64,000 nucleotides of DNA from NCBI GenBank assembly GCA_963666835.2, contig CAXXGO010000006.1, positions 1,600,001-1,664,000 on the forward strand, written 5' to 3'. Shown piece after piece: positions 59,624-64,000 of this stretch (the first letter of the stretch is position 1; every line of letters starts with the position of its first letter). The DNA comes from Phycisphaerae bacterium (GTDB taxonomy: Bacteria > Planctomycetota > Phycisphaerae > UBA1845). Position numbers and translations under genes: made by a program. The notes under the pieces are model-generated. The model made no database searches and was not told the origin of the DNA. It worked only from the letters and a program-made list of their open reading frames with translations.

Positions 59624-59746
59624 CCTGCCCATCTTGTGCCACTTCGAGTGAGCACCGATCTCCGTTACGGAGACTCTACCCCACCTTACGCGATAGATCC
59701 GTATCGCTTTCAAGTCAGTTAAGTCTCGCCTAGAATCCCGACCGGA

Positions 59747-60823
59747 ATGAGTGTGCGCGTTCTTCACGTGGTTGAATCGTCGTCGCCCGAGGCGGGCTCG
59801 TTGGCGGCGTCCCTGCGCGGGCTGTTTCCGGCTCTGGGTGCTCACGAGATCGAATCCGACGCGATCGGTGGGGACCGGTTGCCTGGTGCGCTCGACGGTC
59901 TGGCCTCGCATGCGGGATTCGACCCCAACACGATCGGACAGCAGGTCCGACGGGCCGATGTCGTGCATATTCACGGGTGGGGGACCGTTGCCGCCCGCGG
60001 CGCGGCTGCGGCGGCGCGGAAAGCGAAGACTCCCTATCTGATTTCCCCGGTGGGGGGGCTGCTAGAGGGACCTTTCCGCCGGAAGACTTGGCGGGACAAG
60101 TTACGTGGGCTGCTGGGCGAGAACGGGCTGGTTCGCGGTGCGGCCCTTGTGGCCGCCGTCAATGAGCGCGAGCGGTCGGCTCTGCGGGAATCCGGGCTTC
60201 AAGAGGTACGGACACTGCCGTACGGATTGGCGTTCGGTGACTACTCCGACCTGCCGACAACCGACCTTCCGGCAGTTCCGGACGGCCCATGTTTGCTACT
60301 GCTCGGACCGATCGATCCGGTTGAGGGGTTGGTGCCGTTCATGAAGGCCTTCGCCGAGGTTGGTGACTTGGCTGACGGATGGAATCTGATTCTGGCCGGG
60401 CCTGAGACCGGTTCGTGGCGGAAGATGTTAGAGGCGGCAGTTCGGCGGAAGGGCGGAGCCGATCGTGTGAAGTTCGTGCCTGCGCCGGATGTTCCCAGCC
60501 AGCGGGGCTGGCTGGCGCGGGCGTCGGTGGTGGCCGCCCCGGCCTTGCACTATCGCCCGGCCACGTCCACTGTGCAGGCTCTTGCGGCGGGGGTCGCGGT
60601 GTTGGCATCGGACCGCGTCGTTCCCGACGGGTTGGATGGTGCGGTTGATGTCTTCGCGCCGACCCGAGAGGCGATGCGGGCGGCACTGCGCGATGTTTTG
60701 CAGTCCCTCGATTCACAACGCACCGAACGAGTCGGGAAGGCTCGCGAGGCGGCGCGTTCCTTACTGGATTGGTCGGTACTCGTAGAGCGTTATGCCCAGC
60801 TCTATCGGGAACTTGCCCGGTAG
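59747..60823 (+). CDS. Glycosyltransferase family 4-like (GT-B)
   Basis: RVLHVV, DVVHIHG, LILAGP, QALAAGVAVLASD, DW...ERY..LY. Confidence 0.82.
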   Translation: MSVRVLHVVESSSPEAGSLAASLRGLFPALGAHEIESDAIGGDRLPGALDGLASHAGFDPNTIGQQVRRADVVHIHGWGTVAARGAAAAARKAKTPYLISPVGGLLEGPFRRKTWRDKLRGLLGENGLVRGAALVAAVNERERSALRESGLQEVRTLPYGLAFGDYSDLPTTDLPAVPDGPCLLLLGPIDPVEGLVPFMKAFAEVGDLADGWNLILAGPETGSWRKMLEAAVRRKGGADRVKFVPAPDVPSQRGWLARASVVAAPALHYRPATSTVQALAAGVAVLASDRVVPDGLDGAVDVFAPTREAMRAALRDVLQSLDSQRTERVGKAREAARSLLDWSVLVERYAQLYRELAR

Positions 60824-60829
60824 GACCTG

Positions 60830-62974
60830 ATGGACCCGAAACTGGTTGCGGTCGAGTCGAAGGAACAGAGAAAAGACCGGGCTTTGCGTCCGCGCGAGTT
60901 GCGACGGATCATCGCCCTTACCTGGTCCTACCGTAAGACCCTGGCAGTCGGGTTGCTGGTAACGGTTCTGTTCGCCAGTTTGCACACGCTGAGTCTGGTC
61001 GGCGTATACCCCGTGTTCCAGATTCTGCTGGAGCGCGAGGGGCTCAGCAGCTACGTGAATCGAACGCTGGCCAGCGAACGACTGGGAGTCGAGTTCGCCC
61101 CACCGGACGATAGCGCGATCCTGCGTGTGCAGAAGATCGACCAAGATTCTCCGGTCGAGCTGCAGACCTTTGATGTGGTCGCAGATCCCGAGAACCGGAC
61201 GGTGGCGGTACTGCTACACGACCTGGCTCATGCCGAAGACGGAGCAACGGTAGAGATCCTGGCGGGCCCGACGCGCGAAACGGTCGAACCTCTGACCGTC
61301 GTTCCGGGGGCACTTGATCGGAAGATGCGCTTGCTGCAGTGGGGGGGCTCCTTCATTCCCGCCGACTCCGATACGGACAGCGGCAAGCTGCGGTTGCTTG
61401 TGGGTATCCTGGTCGGCTTGGTCGTTATGGTGTTGATCTCCAACGTGTTCCGCTACGTCGGCGAGGTTATGATTGCCCGGGCGATCCTCCGCACGCTCAT
61501 GGGCCTGCGCGCCAGGCTCTACGAACGCACCTTGCACTTGCCCATGTCGTTCTTCGCCGGTCAGCCCACGGCTGATCTGGTGACGCGCTTCGTGCAGGAC
61601 ATTCAGGAGATTCAACGTGGGCTGCTTACGCTGTTCGGCAAGTTCATCCGCGAACCGCTTCGCGCCGCGTTCATCCTTTCCGCGGCTCTGTTCTTCGATT
61701 GGCGGATCACTCTGGCGATGGTGGCCGTCGCCCCGATTGCCCTGGCGATCTTCCTGCTGGTCGGACGTAGCGTAAAGAAAGCGAACCGCAAGCTGCTGGA
61801 AGCTTACGGGATGATGATCGGAGCCTTGACCACGAGCTTGCAGAGTCTGCGGGTGGTTAAAGCGTACACCGCCGAGGACCACGAGCGCGACCGGCTCCGG
61901 GCGGTTGACTGGCGGATGTTCCGGCAGCAGCTCAAGCTGGCCAAGCTACAAGCGTTCGTCAGCCCCATGATGGAGAGCTTGGGCGTGATGGCGGGAAGCC
62001 TGGTCACCGTGTGGCTAGCAAGTCGCGTTCTGAGTCGGGAATTGGACCTGGCTCATTTTACGACTCTCGGCTTCATTCTGGCGAATCTGCTGGACCCGCT
62101 GCGCAAGCTGACGGATGTTTATGTGCGGGTGCAGCGCTCCACGGCCGGGGCGGAGCGGATCTTCCAGGTACTCGATCAGCCGGTGGAGAGTGACCTTTCT
62201 TCATCTGCCACCGAGCTGCAACCGCTGCAGCGCTCTATAGAGTTCTCCGACGTCACCTTCACGTATCCGGGTGCCGACGAACCGGCACTCCGCAACGTCA
62301 ACCTGTCGATTGCGCAGGGGGAGACCGTGGCCATCGTAGGCCCCAACGGCTGCGGCAAGACCACGCTGGTGAGCATGCTGCCCCGTTTCTTCAGCCCTGA
62401 TTCAGGCGTGGTGACTTACGACGGGTTGGACCTTCGCGAGGCGACTCTCAGAAGCCTGCGGATGCAGATCAGCCTGGTCAGCCAAGAGGCGATCATCTTC
62501 GCCGGGACCCCGGTAGAGAATATCGCCTTCGGCGTACCGGAGGTGGACCGGGAACGCGCGGAAGAGGCGGCCGTACGGGCCTTCGCCGATGAATTCATCC
62601 GGGCAATCCCCGGCGGCTACGAGGCCGCCTTGGGCGAGCGCGGCAGCACCCTCTCCGGGGGGCAGAGGCAGCGTCTGGTCATCGCGCGAGCCATCTACCG
62701 CAACGCCCCCATTCTCATCTTCGATGAAGCGACGAGCCAGATCGACAGCGAATCGGAGAGGAAGATCCAGGCCGCCGTGAGCGACTTTTCTCAAGGACGA
62801 ACGACTTTGGTTATTGCCCACCGTCTCAGCACGATCCAGCACGCCGACCGGATCATCGTCATGGACGGCGGACGGGTGATCGACGGCGGACCCCACCGAG
62901 AACTCTTCGAACGCTGCTCGTTGTATCGCACCTTGTGCCAAACTCAGTTTGTCGACGAGCCGGCCCCCGAGTGA
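60830..62974 (+). CDS. MsbA-like ABC exporter (permease + ATPase)
   Basis: TMD, GPNGCGKTT, LSGGQRQR, FDEATS, IAHRLSTI. Confidence 0.92.
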   Translation: MDPKLVAVESKEQRKDRALRPRELRRIIALTWSYRKTLAVGLLVTVLFASLHTLSLVGVYPVFQILLEREGLSSYVNRTLASERLGVEFAPPDDSAILRVQKIDQDSPVELQTFDVVADPENRTVAVLLHDLAHAEDGATVEILAGPTRETVEPLTVVPGALDRKMRLLQWGGSFIPADSDTDSGKLRLLVGILVGLVVMVLISNVFRYVGEVMIARAILRTLMGLRARLYERTLHLPMSFFAGQPTADLVTRFVQDIQEIQRGLLTLFGKFIREPLRAAFILSAALFFDWRITLAMVAVAPIALAIFLLVGRSVKKANRKLLEAYGMMIGALTTSLQSLRVVKAYTAEDHERDRLRAVDWRMFRQQLKLAKLQAFVSPMMESLGVMAGSLVTVWLASRVLSRELDLAHFTTLGFILANLLDPLRKLTDVYVRVQRSTAGAERIFQVLDQPVESDLSSSATELQPLQRSIEFSDVTFTYPGADEPALRNVNLSIAQGETVAIVGPNGCGKTTLVSMLPRFFSPDSGVVTYDGLDLREATLRSLRMQISLVSQEAIIFAGTPVENIAFGVPEVDRERAEEAAVRAFADEFIRAIPGGYEAALGERGSTLSGGQRQRLVIARAIYRNAPILIFDEATSQIDSESERKIQAAVSDFSQGRTTLVIAHRLSTIQHADRIIVMDGGRVIDGGPHRELFERCSLYRTLCQTQFVDEPAPE

Positions 62975-63194
62975 CGCAATGCAAGTAGGTCGGGCTTTGC
63001 CCAATGGTACCTAACCTTGGCCGGGTGGCCCACGTCCTTTTGTCTTTGTCGTGCGGTCCGAACCTTCGCGGGCTATTCAAGGGCACTCTCGCTGGACGTG
63101 GGGGAGCCGATGATCAGCAGGCGACAATTGCGGCAGTCTCGTAGCTCGACCATTACCTACGAATTCGTAACCACACGTACGTCGGTGAGCAGAT

Positions 63195-63216
63195 TGGTCC
63201 GTGGAATGGACCCTAC
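63195..63216 (-). repeat. GTAG-type REP-like hairpin (different family)
   Basis: Minus strand GTAG-GGTCC-ATTCCAC-GGACC-A; another GTAG hairpin at 62985-63004. Confidence 0.45.
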
Positions 63217-63297
63217 CGGCTCTCTACGATCTGCTCCATTGATTGGGTGTCCCAATGTTAAAGTCAGGACCGCCCGGGACGAACCCAGCACGCTGCG

Positions 63298-64000
63298 TCA
63301 CGCGCGTTTTCGCTTGGCCGGTGCGGTCTTAGAGCCCGGGGCTTTTTTGGAATCGGAGCTCTTCTCCGCATCGGTCTTTGCCGCCTCGCAGCGCTTGGCG
63401 ATAACGGCGGCTTTCATTTCCTCAAAAAGGTCGGGATTGTCATGGAGGAACTGTTTGGCGTTCTCGCGTCCCTGGCCGAGCCGGACCTTCTTGTAGCTGA
63501 ACCATGCCCCGCTCTTCTCGGCAATGTTGGCGGCGAGCGCGAGATCAAGCAGATCACCTTCGGCACTGATCCCGCTGTCAAACATTATATCGAACTCCGC
63601 CTCGCGGAAGGGGGCGGCGACCTTGTTCTTGACAACCTTGGCGCGAACGTGGTTGCCGGTAATGGTGTCGCCTTCTTTTATCGCCGACACCCGACGGATG
63701 TCGATGCGGACCGAGGAGTAAAACTTCAGGGCACGTCCGCCGGGCGTGGTTTCGGGGTTGCCGAACATAACGCCGATCTTCATTCGAATTTGATTAATGA
63801 AAACCACTACGGTCGAAGTCTTCCCGATGGCCGCCGTGAGCTTACGTAATGCCTGGCTCATCAGCCGAGCCTGTAGTGCTACGTGGGTGTCACCCATCTG
63901 GCCCTCGATTTCCGCGCGAGGGATAAGGGCGGCAACGGAATCAACCACGATTACATCAACCGACGCACTGCGCACCAGCATCTCGGTGATCTCGAGCGCT
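63298..64000 (-). CDS. recA: Recombinase RecA (5' part outside the window)
   Basis: [53 protein letters not shown]. Confidence 0.97.
   Translation of the reverse strand, partial: ALEITEMLVRSASVDVIVVDSVAALIPRAEIEGQMGDTHVALQARLMSQALRKLTAAIGKTSTVVVFINQIRMKIGVMFGNPETTPGGRALKFYSSVRIDIRRVSAIKEGDTITGNHVRAKVVKNKVAAPFREAEFDIMFDSGISAEGDLLDLALAANIAEKSGAWFSYKKVRLGQGRENAKQFLHDNPDLFEEMKAAVIAKRCEAAKTDAEKSSDSKKAPGSKTAPAKRKRA

Overview
GC-rich bacterial chromosomal segment. It most likely comes from a planctomycete (Phycisphaerae-like), an inference from the H-X9-DG-type prepilin, dockerin-like repeats, kinase-linked ECF sigma factor and repeat families. Housekeeping genes are rsmG, ald, dnaK, recA (partial), tRNA-Val(TAC), an M16 peptidase pair, a MacAB-type ABC system and a comEC carrying a single-base frameshift. 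The most notable region is a ~13.5 kb co-oriented locus (17.4-31.0 kb) that joins a c-di-GMP module (His kinase, receiver, HD-GYP, PelD-like TM-GAF-degenerate GGDEF with intact RxxD I-site, STAS) to a type IV pilus/T2SS-like machine (MshEN-PilB, PilC, PilMNO, PilP-like, three pilins), with sigma28-like promoters. It is followed by a methyltransferase-TusA-split YeeE cassette. Also present: a very large Cys-rich IPTL-CTERM surface protein, an FHA/Ser-Thr kinase/ECF-ZAS cluster, a gingipain-like protease with dockerin-like tail and a long leader, a dockerin protein-prepilin-kinase operon, a sigma54-like dnaK promoter, several REP-like repeat families and a 117-bp MITE inserted in one of them. 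No CRISPR array, rRNA or transposase gene was seen. All calls come from motif reading only; no database searches were run.
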